DNA from: an uncultured bacterium
Lineage (GTDB): Bacteria > Bacillota_I > Bacilli_A > RFN20 > CAG-826
Length of the DNA stretch: 64,000 bases
Assembly (NCBI GenBank): GCA_949288485.1
Contig: CASEKC010000001.1
Coordinates: 283,806-347,805, forward strand
Direction of reading: 5' to 3'
The notes under the pieces were generated by a model. That model did not search any database. It saw only the letters and a list, made by a program, of their open reading frames with translations, and had not been told where the DNA came from. The position numbers and the translations under genes are program-made. Of this stretch, positions 9,618 through 20,189 are shown one piece after another; position 1 is the stretch's first letter; every line of letters starts with the position of its first letter.

Positions 9618-10580
9618 TTATTTAGTTTTATTACGACTAGAAAGTAAAATTAAAGCTATTGCACCAATTATTGATAAAATAATTGATACGACTAAAATAA
9701 TATAAAAGCCATAATCACTATGAGCTAAAGGTAAATCATCTAAATTCATTCCGAAAAGTGATGCAATAATATTAGGTATCGAAATAACAATTGTTATAAC
9801 TGTTAAAGATTTCATAATAACGTTCATATTATTATTAATAATTGAGGCAAAGGCATCCATCATTCCAGTTAAAACATCACGTAAAATATTACACATTTCA
9901 ACAGCTTGGTTAATTTCGACTTGTGTATCTTCCATTAAATCATAATCAGACTCAAATCGACTATAAGTTTGAGATTTTAAAAGTTTAGCCAAAACTCCTT
10001 TATCTCCATTTAATGCGGTTGAAAAATAAATTAAAGATTTATTAATATCCATTAGATCTAAAACTTCTTTATTTTTCGTAGAATTTCTAATCTTTTTTTC
10101 AAGTTCATCTGTATAATTATTTATTCTTTTTAAATATGTAATGAATAAAGTTGCAAGACGATAAACGATATTTAAAGTTAAACGGACATGTTTGTGTGGT
10201 TCAATTAATTTAACCCTTTTAAATAATTCGTCCATCAATTCAAAATTATGTCTTTCTATAGTCACATAATATTCATAATTATACGCAATAATAAAAGGAG
10301 CAGATGAGTATAAACCTTTTTCTTTATCACTTAAATAAGGTGTATCTAAAACAATTAAAGTATTTCCATCATCGACATCAATACGAGCGCTCTCTTCTTC
10401 ATCTAAAGCACATAAAAGCAAATCCGAAGGAATGTCGGTTAAAATAGATATTTTTTCTAAAACTTCTTGAGTTGGATCTTTAACATGAATCCAACTTCCA
10501 ACTTCAAGTTTTACTTCATCTATATTTTCATAAACTTTTTTATCTAAAGTTTTATTTATCTCTTTATATATCGTAATCAT
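9618..10580 (-). CDS. corA: CorA-family Mg2+/Co2+ transporter
   Basis: ALDEEESARI, NNNMNVIMKSLT, FGMN signature, two C-terminal TM helices. Confidence 0.93.
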   Translation of the reverse strand: MITIYKEINKTLDKKVYENIDEVKLEVGSWIHVKDPTQEVLEKISILTDIPSDLLLCALDEEESARIDVDDGNTLIVLDTPYLSDKEKGLYSSAPFIIAYNYEYYVTIERHNFELMDELFKRVKLIEPHKHVRLTLNIVYRLATLFITYLKRINNYTDELEKKIRNSTKNKEVLDLMDINKSLIYFSTALNGDKGVLAKLLKSQTYSRFESDYDLMEDTQVEINQAVEMCNILRDVLTGMMDAFASIINNNMNVIMKSLTVITIVISIPNIIASLFGMNLDDLPLAHSDYGFYIILVVSIILSIIGAIALILLSSRNKTK

Positions 10581-10627
10581 TGACTTTATTTTAACACTAA
10601 AAAGAGTGAAAAAAGAAACAAAAAAAG

Positions 10628-11245
10628 TTAAGAAATTGTTTTGTCTTCGTACTTATTATTGAAAAGATATAACTTATTTAATTTAAAATCATTTTCTTTA
10701 TAAACTGTGAAATAAGAGATTGAAAGATTTGGTATTTTAGTTAAGAAATTATATTCGTCCGCATTTATAAAAACTAATAAAGCTCGAATTATATTTGAAT
10801 GAGTGACGATTAATATTTTTTTATTGTCATATGTTTTAATTAATTCATTAATTCCTTTTACAACTCGCGAAATTAAAACACTTTCTGATTCTAAACCACT
10901 TTTATAATATTCACCTAACTTTTTATTCTTATAAGAATCGGTAAAAAGTATGTTCTTTTTTCCTTCAAAATAACCAAAATTCCTCTCAATAAAATAATTA
11001 TCTATTAAAATATCGTTCTTATTATTAGTAAGTTCATTTTTAATAATCTCAGTTGTTTCAAATGCTCTTTTTAATGGAGAAGAAATATATAAGTCAAATT
11101 TATAATTTTTTGCTTTCAATTCTTTAGCGACTTCACTCGCTTCTTCTTTTCCTTTTAAATTTAAAGGAAAGTCAGTTCTTCCTTGACAAATACTTTCCTT
11201 GTTCCATTCAGTTTCACCATGTCTAATTAAATATAATTCAATCAT
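10628..11245 (-). CDS. Histidine phosphatase (phosphoglycerate mutase family)
   Basis: LIRHGETEWN, SSPLKRA, ERNFG..EG, VTHS. Confidence 0.93.
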   Translation of the reverse strand: MIELYLIRHGETEWNKESICQGRTDFPLNLKGKEEASEVAKELKAKNYKFDLYISSPLKRAFETTEIIKNELTNNKNDILIDNYFIERNFGYFEGKKNILFTDSYKNKKLGEYYKSGLESESVLISRVVKGINELIKTYDNKKILIVTHSNIIRALLVFINADEYNFLTKIPNLSISYFTVYKENDFKLNKLYLFNNKYEDKTIS

Positions 11246-11248
11246 TTT

Positions 11249-11845
11249 TTATAAACCTAAATAATGTGAAATTAAAATCCATGAACCAAGTAAAACAAGA
11301 ATAGTTCCGCCGATTATATTTGCAATTTCATATTTGCCTTTTAATAACTTATTAATATTTTTTCCTAAAAATATACCAACAATGCAAAATAAGAAAGTAA
11401 TTACGCATATCATCGAACAATGTAAGAAAATAGTTGTTGAAGTTGAAATAGCCAACATACTAACGCCAGTTGCTAATGCATCAATACTTGTAGCAACTCC
11501 GGCAATTAAAACCCCGCTATAAGTAAAGCTTTTAGCAACTTGTTCTTCATCTTTTTTAATGACTGATTTTATTCCATCATAAATCATCTTTCCACCAATA
11601 AAAAGTAAAAGAGTAAAAGCAATCCAAGGAACAATATCTTTTATATATTCATAAAATAAATCAGCTATAAAAAATCCGATTAAAGGCATTAATCCTTGCA
11701 TGACACCAAAATCAGCGGCTATAAATAACGATCTTCTTCTATTTAAATTTTGATAAACTAAACCATCGCAAATTGAAACACAAAATGCATCCATTGATAA
11801 AGCAACGCCGAGTAATAAAACTTGAAAAATAATTTCAATTGTCAT
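11249..11845 (-). CDS. mntP: Manganese efflux pump MntP
   Basis: ALSMDAF, MPLIG, ATSIDALATG, GGTILVLLG; start set at ATG 11845. Confidence 0.9.
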   Translation of the reverse strand: MTIEIIFQVLLLGVALSMDAFCVSICDGLVYQNLNRRRSLFIAADFGVMQGLMPLIGFFIADLFYEYIKDIVPWIAFTLLLFIGGKMIYDGIKSVIKKDEEQVAKSFTYSGVLIAGVATSIDALATGVSMLAISTSTTIFLHCSMICVITFLFCIVGIFLGKNINKLLKGKYEIANIIGGTILVLLGSWILISHYLGL

Positions 11846-11962
11846 AACAAGAAAAAAATATAACACATTTAAAAAAATTAATCATTAGTTTATGACATTC
11901 TTTAAAAATACGAACTAAGAAACTATTAAATTTAATTTATTTTGTTATTTTTTCTTCAAAAT

Positions 11963-14383
11963 TTATTTTAAACCTTTAATAATTTCCAAAAGCATAAATT
12001 TATTAATGCTTTTCAAATGAGAGTTTTTTATATAAAAGATTATTTCATAAAAATTTTTAGATTTTTTAATATTCTCATATAAACTTATTCTTGCAGAATT
12101 TACATCATCAATATAATTTAATCTTCTAAAAAGATAAAATTGCGTTTCTTCAAAGTTTGAATTAAATGGGAGATAGGAAATATGGATAATACATTTTTTA
12201 TCTTTTGAAATATTTTTAACTTTAAATTCTAAATTATAACCTTCTAGGTGTATTTCATTAACCTCGCAATTTTCATATTTGATATCTTTTATTTTAAATA
12301 TATTTAAAACTTTAAAATTATATGTTTTATCAAATAATTTAGTATCAATAGAAATTTCCATAGTCAAATTTGATTTATCAACTATATTCTTAAAAGTAGT
12401 TTTATATAATTTTCCATCACTCTCTTTAGTATTAAAAACAAACTTTCCATTTCCTAAAGTGGTAAAAACATCATATTCATTAACATTATTCAATTCATAG
12501 TTTAAAGAAGAAGCAAGAATAAAATATCCGCCTTCTTTTATAAATAAAGGCATATCACCCCTTTCTCTATAAATTTTAATATTTTTATTCTTCTTATATT
12601 TATAACCGTATTTCAAATCATAATAATTTGAATTTGTAAAATAAATTTTCTTTGAAGTAATTCCATTGTTTCCTTCAGATTTATCAAATGGGGAAACCAA
12701 AAGATTTGCAGCAAAAATATATTCACTATCTTTGAATTTTTTTGCTTTTATAGAAAAATCGTCATAATAAATTGGTCTAATTAAAGGTTCGCCTTCTTCG
12801 TGAGTAATAAAATTATAACTATATAAATAAGGAATCATCCTATGTCTTAATCGTAAATAATTTTTAATTAAATCGCTATAACCATTAATATACAAATCGG
12901 GATCTTTATTTAAAATATCAGAACATGTGCAATGAAGTCTATTTATAGGAGAAAAAACACCAAATTCAAGAAACTTTAAATATAAATCTCCACTTTTCAT
13001 TCCTTCCATATGGCCACCAATATCATGACTCCAATAAGTGAATCCACAATCAGAAGAACCGATAGTCATCTTAATCAAATATGCTAAAGAATCAAAGGTT
13101 TGATAAGCATCTCCAGAAAAACCTAATGGATATCTTTGACCGCCTTTAGATGCAAAACGAGAAAGAATTATAGCCTCATCATTAGTTTCTTTTTCTTTTT
13201 TATAAAAATAGTGATTACAAAGCCATAATGGAGTTACACCAGAAAAGTTACTTTCTTCCCCTTGTTGCCAATCTATCCACCAAAAATCATTCCCGATATC
13301 TTTTAAAGGCTTTAATGTATATTTAAAATATGAATCTCTAAAAGTTTTATTAGTGAAATCAAATGGAACGCTTTCTTTAGAAGAGATATCAATATTATTT
13401 ATTAAAGCCATTTTTTTATAAGCATCTTCAAAAAAAGCTATACCATCGGCTGGATGTATATTTAAACCAACTTTTAAATTTAAAGAGTGTAATTCATCCA
13501 TAAGTTTTTTTGGATCATTAAAAAGAGCTTTATTAAAAGTATATCCGGTCCATCCATATCTCCAATTTTCTCCCTCATAGCGATAAGGTTTAGGAATATA
13601 AAACTTTTTGTCATTTACAGTCTTAAAAAATTCGTCATCATTAATATTTGCATCTTTATAAATGTTTCTTCCGTTAGTCCAAGAATAATGCCAATCCATA
13701 TCAATTATAGCAACACTAAAAGGTATTTCATCTTTTTTGAATTTCTTCATCAAATATAAATATTCCTCTTGAGTATAAGGATAAAATCTGCTCCACCAAT
13801 TTCCGAAAACAAAAGATGGTAATAATGGTGGAAAACCACTCAATTTGTAAAAAGTTTTTATGACATTGCTTCTATTATTAAAAGATAAAAATACATAAAT
13901 ATCATATTCATCATTATTTTTAATATCTAAAATTTCATCTTGTTCATCTAATAAAGAAGAATCTTCATCGTGCAAACAATAAATACCGCACTCACTAATA
14001 AGCCCATTAACATATTCATTTTTTTCACCATAAATAAGTTTTTCACCATCCATTCTATCTACGGTTATATATGTTCCGCCAATTGAATCTTTATAATCTT
14101 TTATTTCATATTTTTTGTCTTTATAAATAAGTATAAATTTGTTTATAGTAAAATCATAAATTAAATTATATGAATAAAATTTAATTTCAAAAAAATTTTT
14201 ATCAATTTCGCTTTGAAAAACCACATCATCAAAAAAACGATTTAATATAAGTTGAGTTTTAGAATCATTAAATTTTTTATTGGAATCTTTTTCGATACGA
14301 AAACAATATTCATTAAATAATGTAATTCTATAATCGTTAAAATAAATAATGTTTTTATTATTAATTTTTCCACTATAACTCAT
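11963..14383 (-). CDS. Glycoside hydrolase family 31 (GH31_u1-like alpha-glycosidase)
   Basis: GNWWSRF, IDMDWH, WWIDWQQG nucleophile, GFSGD acid/base, WSHDIGGH, FGVFSPINRLH. Confidence 0.92.
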   Translation of the reverse strand: MSYSGKINNKNIIYFNDYRITLFNEYCFRIEKDSNKKFNDSKTQLILNRFFDDVVFQSEIDKNFFEIKFYSYNLIYDFTINKFILIYKDKKYEIKDYKDSIGGTYITVDRMDGEKLIYGEKNEYVNGLISECGIYCLHDEDSSLLDEQDEILDIKNNDEYDIYVFLSFNNRSNVIKTFYKLSGFPPLLPSFVFGNWWSRFYPYTQEEYLYLMKKFKKDEIPFSVAIIDMDWHYSWTNGRNIYKDANINDDEFFKTVNDKKFYIPKPYRYEGENWRYGWTGYTFNKALFNDPKKLMDELHSLNLKVGLNIHPADGIAFFEDAYKKMALINNIDISSKESVPFDFTNKTFRDSYFKYTLKPLKDIGNDFWWIDWQQGEESNFSGVTPLWLCNHYFYKKEKETNDEAIILSRFASKGGQRYPLGFSGDAYQTFDSLAYLIKMTIGSSDCGFTYWSHDIGGHMEGMKSGDLYLKFLEFGVFSPINRLHCTCSDILNKDPDLYINGYSDLIKNYLRLRHRMIPYLYSYNFITHEEGEPLIRPIYYDDFSIKAKKFKDSEYIFAANLLVSPFDKSEGNNGITSKKIYFTNSNYYDLKYGYKYKKNKNIKIYRERGDMPLFIKEGGYFILASSLNYELNNVNEYDVFTTLGNGKFVFNTKESDGKLYKTTFKNIVDKSNLTMEISIDTKLFDKTYNFKVLNIFKIKDIKYENCEVNEIHLEGYNLEFKVKNISKDKKCIIHISYLPFNSNFEETQFYLFRRLNYIDDVNSARISLYENIKKSKNFYEIIFYIKNSHLKSINKFMLLEIIKGLK

Positions 14384-14387
14384 TTTT

Positions 14388-14807
14388 TTACTCCTTTTTC
14401 ATCTTTTTTAAAGCATTTTCAATATATTTTTTATCAAAATTAAAATCTTTATAACCTTCATAACAGATATTTAAATATTCTTCGCTTGGAGGCACATTTT
14501 TATTTAAATCATTCATTAAATAGATAAATCCTTCATTTTTATTTTTATTAAGCAAAAAAGAAATAAACTCTTTTCTATATAGCGAAGGATATCCTTCGTA
14601 AATATCGAGTATTTTTTCATCTTCTTCATTTATTTCCCAAACACCTATTGGTACAATTCCGTTTTTAGAAGGAATAATTGTTAGATATTTATTGAAATAA
14701 AGTTCATAATCTTTTAAAAGAAAAGAAGCAATTTTTTTAGCATTTTTACACCTTTTTTTCATCTCTTTTATGTTTAAATTTGAACCATAACTTAAATAAT
14801 ATTTCAT
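14388..14807 (-). CDS. Gamma-glutamylcyclotransferase (AIG2-like) family protein
   Basis: YLSYGSNLN...RC, LDIYEGYP..Y, PSEEY. Confidence 0.88.
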   Translation of the reverse strand: MKYYLSYGSNLNIKEMKKRCKNAKKIASFLLKDYELYFNKYLTIIPSKNGIVPIGVWEINEEDEKILDIYEGYPSLYRKEFISFLLNKNKNEGFIYLMNDLNKNVPPSEEYLNICYEGYKDFNFDKKYIENALKKMKKE

Positions 14808-14808
14808 A

Positions 14809-15729
14809 CTAATTTTCCTTACTTTTATTAAAAAAATAATTTAATACTTCGATTCTTTTATTTAATACTTCTTTTGTTAACGAACTTGATGAAACAATAT
14901 CGAAGCCATGCATCGTCTTTTTTGTTTCGTTTAATATAACTTCTTTATTAAATTTTTTTAAGTTATTTGCAAAATCAATATCTTGATCTCTTAAGCAATC
15001 AAATTCGCAAGATTCGATATAAGCTTTTGGAAAAATAGATAAATCATCCATTTCATTAAAAGATGGGCACTCTTCATTTATAAAATAATTTTTAGTAACT
15101 TTTTTAGTCGCTTTTGAATTCCACATTGGAGTATCAATAAATTCCTTCATTGATATAGAATCTAATCTTTTATCAACAAATGGATAAAATAACATCATAA
15201 ATTTAATTAAATCTGTTTTCGTTCTTTTTATTAAATCAAGCGCTAAAAATCCTCCAGCACTATCTCCAGCAATTCCAATATTATTTATATCAAAATTATA
15301 TTTTTCTTTATTTTTAATTAAAAAATTAAAGGAAAATAAAACATCATTAATTGAAGAAGGATAAGGTTTTATTAATTTATATTTCATAAAATAAACAATA
15401 CAATTTCCATTTATTGCATAGTTTTTAGCATTTTTATATTGATGAGGAACTGCACTAAACATAAATCCTCCACCATGAATATAAATTAATAAAGGTAAAT
15501 TTTTCTTATTAATAAGTTTTTTAGGAATAATAAAATAAGAAATAATTTTATGATTATCAATATCTTTATTTTTAATTTTAATTACTTTTACATTTTTATC
15601 AGATTTAATAAATAAATCAAAAAATGGAATTAAAAGTTTTGCTAAATAGGCAATAAAATTTGAAGATGGAGTTTTAAAATATCTAAAAAATTTAAAACTT
15701 TTATCTATGTTATATCTTTTCTTTTTCAT
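14809..15729 (-). CDS. Alpha/beta hydrolase (HSL-family esterase)
   Basis: HGGGF, GDSAGG, EFDCLRD, MHGF. Confidence 0.92.
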   Translation of the reverse strand: MKKKRYNIDKSFKFFRYFKTPSSNFIAYLAKLLIPFFDLFIKSDKNVKVIKIKNKDIDNHKIISYFIIPKKLINKKNLPLLIYIHGGGFMFSAVPHQYKNAKNYAINGNCIVYFMKYKLIKPYPSSINDVLFSFNFLIKNKEKYNFDINNIGIAGDSAGGFLALDLIKRTKTDLIKFMMLFYPFVDKRLDSISMKEFIDTPMWNSKATKKVTKNYFINEECPSFNEMDDLSIFPKAYIESCEFDCLRDQDIDFANNLKKFNKEVILNETKKTMHGFDIVSSSSLTKEVLNKRIEVLNYFFNKSKEN

Positions 15730-15731
15730 AA

Positions 15732-16157
15732 TTACTCTAAATTTTTATACATCAAAATATGAGGATAATTTTCTTCTAAAAAGAAATTGCCTTCTTTTTT
15801 ATATCCACATTTAATATAAAAATCAACCGCTCTTTTTTGAGAAGCTAAATAAACTTTTTTTACGTTTATTTTTTTAAGTTCGTCTTCTAATTTAAAAATA
15901 ATTTTACTTCCCATTCCTTCTTTACGATATTGTTTTAATATGGCTAATCGACCAATAAAATATTGATTTTTTGTTTTATCAAAATAAAATCTTCCACAAC
16001 CAACAGGAATACTATTTAAATAAGCTAAAACATGAGTTGAAATGTAATCTATATTATCAAATTCTTCTTTAAAACCTTGTTCTTTTACAAAAACAGTCTT
16101 TCGAATATATATTTCATCTTTATTTAATTCATTATAAAAAATCTTAAAAGTTAACAT
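15732..16157 (-). CDS. GNAT N-acetyltransferase (ElaA/YjcF-like)
   Basis: IRKTVFVKEQ, IGRLAI...YRKEGMG, ASQ..A..FY...GY, PHILM. Confidence 0.9.
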   Translation of the reverse strand: MLTFKIFYNELNKDEIYIRKTVFVKEQGFKEEFDNIDYISTHVLAYLNSIPVGCGRFYFDKTKNQYFIGRLAILKQYRKEGMGSKIIFKLEDELKKINVKKVYLASQKRAVDFYIKCGYKKEGNFFLEENYPHILMYKNLE

Positions 16158-16174
16158 AAATTATTTCTTAATTA

Positions 16175-17542
16175 TTATTCAATTATTATTTCTTTTTTAT
16201 TTTTCTTATATTCTTCGAATTCATCAAAATCATCATAAATAAATTTATTTATTATTTCACGCATTTTTTTACCAATTTCAATAGATTTTTCATCATCAAC
16301 CAATAAATAAGATGTATTAAAATGAAAAAGTAAAGGTACATCATAAGCATGAAAACTATTAATATTTTTCTTTTTTAAATATGGAGAAATAAATCTAAAT
16401 TCATATTTATAAGCTTTTCCTTCATAAGAAGATAAAAGCTTATAAATAGGTTTTTTATAAATAGTTGAAGTTAAAGCTTCATAGCAATTATAAGTAATCT
16501 TTTTATATTTTCTTTTATAATCAAATTTCATATAAATAGTTAAAGGAAAAAGTAAAAATTTTGGTAAAGAGAATATAAAAAGATTTGATTCATTGATAAC
16601 ATTACCAATTAAAATGGTTTTTTTAGAGTTTATAGCTAATATAGAAGGATAATCTAAAAGTAATTCTTTATCAATTATAGGAGAAAACGCACAACGATTA
16701 TCGCCTTTTTTTAATAAATACATTTTTAATTTAGAATTAGCTTTTTTAACTATTTCAGAATCTAAAGAATATAATTTATCAAGTTCGTTTTTCTTTATTT
16801 TTAAATATTTTAAATATTTTAAAGTTATTTTATGAGATTCTTTTTCATTAAAAAAATGATTTATAACAGGTGACAAAATTATTGCTTTAGAAAACAAATT
16901 TTCTATTTTTTTAATTGATAAAAGAGCGATGATTGAAGCTGCTCCAGCTGATTGACCTATTAAAGTAATATTATTTTTATCACCATTAAAATTTGAAATA
17001 TTATTATATATAAATTCTAAGGCGGCTTTTTGATCATAAAGTCCATTATTATAATCAAAATTTTTATCTAAAAAATGTAAATTTAAAAAACCATATAAGT
17101 TAAGGCGGTAATTTATAGTAACTACAATAGAATTAGTTTCTTTTGCTAAAAGAGTAGCGTCATATTTCATCTCGTGAGTAGTTTCATTTATTTCACCACT
17201 TCCACCGCTTTTAAAAGAACCACCAAAAATCCATACTAAAACTGGTAATTTTTGTGTATTATCATCATTTTTTGGTTTATAAATATTAAGATATAAACAA
17301 TCTAAATCAATATTTTCGCAATTTAAAATTCCACTTCCTTGAATTGGATTTTTCTTTCCATAATAAGCTTTATAAATTCCTTCCCAAGGATCTGGTTTAA
17401 TTGGATGTTTAAAAGTTAATTCATTTAAAGGAGGTTTAGCAAAAGGAATACCAAAATATTTGTAACACCCATCTTCTTCTTTACCTTCGATTTTTCCAAA
17501 TTCAGTTTCAACTATCGGACTTTTAATTAACTTTTCTTCCAT
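16175..17542 (-). CDS. Type-B carboxylesterase
   Basis: FGIPFAKPP, DCLYLNIY, VTINYRL...GFL, NNGLYDQ, GQSAGA; Glu (NES) and His (FHAYD) present. Confidence 0.93.
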   Translation of the reverse strand: MEEKLIKSPIVETEFGKIEGKEEDGCYKYFGIPFAKPPLNELTFKHPIKPDPWEGIYKAYYGKKNPIQGSGILNCENIDLDCLYLNIYKPKNDDNTQKLPVLVWIFGGSFKSGGSGEINETTHEMKYDATLLAKETNSIVVTINYRLNLYGFLNLHFLDKNFDYNNGLYDQKAALEFIYNNISNFNGDKNNITLIGQSAGAASIIALLSIKKIENLFSKAIILSPVINHFFNEKESHKITLKYLKYLKIKKNELDKLYSLDSEIVKKANSKLKMYLLKKGDNRCAFSPIIDKELLLDYPSILAINSKKTILIGNVINESNLFIFSLPKFLLFPLTIYMKFDYKRKYKKITYNCYEALTSTIYKKPIYKLLSSYEGKAYKYEFRFISPYLKKKNINSFHAYDVPLLFHFNTSYLLVDDEKSIEIGKKMREIINKFIYDDFDEFEEYKKNKKEIIIE

Positions 17543-17586
17543 ATAACATAATTTTAGTTTAAAAGAAGGAAGAATACATCAAAAAA

Positions 17587-19356
17587 TTAACCAGTGATTT
17601 GAAGTTCACTTTGAAGGCGATTTTCTTCATTATCATCACTTCCTCTAAATTGGAGGTCATAAAGAAGTTTATAAGAACCATTTTTAGCTATTAATTCTTC
17701 ATGCGATCCTTCCTCTTTAATTTTTCCATCAGAAATAACAATAATTTCATCTGCATTTTTAATTGTTGACAATCTATGAGCAACAACAATTGCGGTTCTT
17801 CCTTTACATAATTCATCAAACGCTTTTTGAATTAAAAGTTCAGTAGTGTTATCTAAGGCACTAGTTGCTTCATCTAAAATTAAAATTGATGGATTTTTTA
17901 AAAATATTCTAGCAATAGATAATCTTTGTTTTTGACCACCAGAAAGTTTAACACCTCTTTCACCAATATCTGTATCAAATCCATTTGGTAAAGACATAAT
18001 ATAATCATAAATATTAGCCTTTTTAGCAGCTTCAATTAACTCTTCTTCACTAGCTTCTAAATTTCCATATAAAATATTGTCTTTAATTGTTCCACCAAAA
18101 AGGAAAACATCTTGTTGAACAATTCCGATTTGTTTTCTTAAAGATTCTAAAGTGAAATCTTTAATATTTTTTCCATCAATCCTAATTTCACCACTATCAA
18201 TATCATAAAATCTTGGAATAAGGTGACAAATTGTCGTTTTTCCTCCTCCACTAGGCCCAACTAAAGCAACTTTTTTGCCATGAGGAATTTTAAAAGACAT
18301 ATCATTTAAAATACCTTTAGATGATTTATAGTGGAAATTAACATGTGAAAAAGTAATATCACCATTTAATTTAGGGCAAATTTTGTCACCTTCATGAACG
18401 TTTTCTTCTTCTTCGTCCATAATTTCAAGAAATCTTCTAAAACCAGTTGTTCCATTTTGAAATTGTTCAACGAAGTTAATAAGTTGATTAATTGGAGTAA
18501 TAAACATATTTACTGAAATAATAAATGTAGAGTAATCAGCTATATCAATATAGTTGTTGTATAAAAATATACCGCCGGCAAGCAAAACGATTATATTAAA
18601 TACATCGGTAATAAATTGAGAAGAAGCAAAAAATTTACCCATTGCATTAAAAGCCGAACTTCTTGCTTTAACAAAATTCTCATTACTTACTTCGAATTTT
18701 TCTTGTTCTTTTTTTGTATTTGTAAAAGCTTTTGTTACTCTAATACCTGAAATTGATGATTCTAAAGATGAATTGATTTCAGCCATTGCAATTTTTGATT
18801 CTTTCATTGCAACTCTCATTTGATGTCTGAAGTGAGCTGTAACAATAATAAGTAAAGGTACACAAGCAAAAATAATTAAAGCTAAAATCCAATTTATTAA
18901 ACATAAATAAACAAAACTAGCTAAAATAGTAAAACCGGCAATAAAAATATTTTCTGGTCCATGATGAGCAATTTCACTAATATCGAAAAGATCATTAGTC
19001 ATTCTTGACATTAAATTGCCAGTTTCATGTTCATCATAATAAGTATAAGGAAGTCTTTCTAATTTATTGAACATATCTGAACGCATTTGAGCTTGCATTC
19101 TTACACCCATTATATGTCCATAATATTGAATAAAATATCTTAAAAACATTCTAACTATATAAATAACTAGAAGAGAGACTCCACAAATAATAACTAATTC
19201 AAGTTTTTTATTTGGAATAAAATCATTAAGCATATAACGAGTTATGATTGGATAACCCATTCCTATAATTGCAACTAAAAAAGCTGCAGTCATATCTAAA
19301 ATAAAAATCTTTTTATGTGGTTTATAATATTTAATAAAACGTTTTAATAAATCCAT
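17587..19356 (-). CDS. ABC exporter, fused permease/ATP-binding
   Basis: Six TM segments, GPSGGGKT, LSGGQKQR, ILDEATSALD, AHRLSTI. Confidence 0.95.
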   Translation of the reverse strand: MDLLKRFIKYYKPHKKIFILDMTAAFLVAIIGMGYPIITRYMLNDFIPNKKLELVIICGVSLLVIYIVRMFLRYFIQYYGHIMGVRMQAQMRSDMFNKLERLPYTYYDEHETGNLMSRMTNDLFDISEIAHHGPENIFIAGFTILASFVYLCLINWILALIIFACVPLLIIVTAHFRHQMRVAMKESKIAMAEINSSLESSISGIRVTKAFTNTKKEQEKFEVSNENFVKARSSAFNAMGKFFASSQFITDVFNIIVLLAGGIFLYNNYIDIADYSTFIISVNMFITPINQLINFVEQFQNGTTGFRRFLEIMDEEEENVHEGDKICPKLNGDITFSHVNFHYKSSKGILNDMSFKIPHGKKVALVGPSGGGKTTICHLIPRFYDIDSGEIRIDGKNIKDFTLESLRKQIGIVQQDVFLFGGTIKDNILYGNLEASEEELIEAAKKANIYDYIMSLPNGFDTDIGERGVKLSGGQKQRLSIARIFLKNPSILILDEATSALDNTTELLIQKAFDELCKGRTAIVVAHRLSTIKNADEIIVISDGKIKEEGSHEELIAKNGSYKLLYDLQFRGSDDNEENRLQSELQITG

Positions 19357-19487
19357 AAATTACACCCATTCTTAATTTAATAAAAAACATTTCGTATTTT
19401 AAAAATTATCTTTAGAAATTTCTACAAAAATAGTAAAGATTGTAAAAATAAATATAAAATTATTCAATATAAAAATTCGTTTTTAAC

Positions 19488-19512
19488 AAAAAAGTACGAT
19501 TACTATCGTACT
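19488..19512 (-). terminator. Terminator after tRNA-Leu
   Basis: AGTACGAT-TACT-ATCGTACT followed by T-run on minus strand. Confidence 0.75.
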
Positions 19513-19524
19513 AATTAAACATTT

Positions 19525-19611
19525 TGGTGGCCCAATTCGGACTTGAACCGAAACGATATCGCTATCACCGGATTTTGAGTCCAGCGCGTCTACCAATTCC
19601 GCCATTAGGCC
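19525..19611 (-). tRNA. tRNA-Leu(CAA)
   Basis: GGCCTAATGGCGGAATTGGTAGACGCG, arm CTGGA-CTCAAAA-TCCGG, long variable arm, TTCAAGT, CCA. Confidence 0.95.
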
Positions 19612-19636
19612 AAAAGATTAAAAATAAATAAAATGT

Positions 19637-19960
19637 TTATTCATTTGTATCGTTCTTATTTTCTTCTTTCATCTTTTTTGAAATAAACTCTTTTTCATTT
19701 AGCATGCGAACCATTTCTTTAGTTTTTTCAGTTTCTTCATCTAGTCTTAGTTTATTTGCTTTTTTTAAAAGAATATAAGCAACAACAAAAATTATTATAC
19801 CTAAACCAAGTATAATAAATAAATAGTAAGATTTAGAAATATCTTCAATTGGATTCAAAAAAGAGAAAACAATTAAAAATAAGAAAATAATAAGGGCAAT
19901 GCTTATTAAAATAATGCCGCTTATATAATATGGTTTTGATGTTCTTTCTTTCTTTTTCAT
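19637..19960 (-). CDS. Hypothetical two-TM membrane protein
   Basis: Two hydrophobic helices and a charged tail; fills the gap between two tRNAs. Confidence 0.7.
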   Translation of the reverse strand: MKKKERTSKPYYISGIILISIALIIFLFLIVFSFLNPIEDISKSYYLFIILGLGIIIFVVAYILLKKANKLRLDEETEKTKEMVRMLNEKEFISKKMKEENKNDTNE

Positions 19961-19985
19961 ATTTATTAATTTTTTTAATTAAAAA

Positions 19986-20060
19986 TGGCATGTCCAAGAG
20001 GAATCGAACCTCTAATCATGGCTTCGGAGACCATTGGTTTACCAATTAACCTATGGACAT
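19986..20060 (-). tRNA. tRNA-Arg(CCG)
   Basis: Acceptor ATGTCCA/TGGACAT, arm ATGGT-CTCCGAA-GCCAT, TTCGATT, CCA. Confidence 0.93.
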
Positions 20061-20189
20061 ATTTCTTTTGCTTTAATATTTTACACTAACTTTCATTTAA
20101 TATTTAACAAAAAATCTAAAAAATGTTTAACATTACAAATCCTTTGTGCTTAAATATTAGCCGGTTTAAATACTTAAGGGGTTAATTTT

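Noticed and set aside
11846-11962. yybP-ykoY manganese riboswitch upstream of mntP
   Set aside because: Region is short and AT-rich with no recognisable riboswitch stems or motifs.
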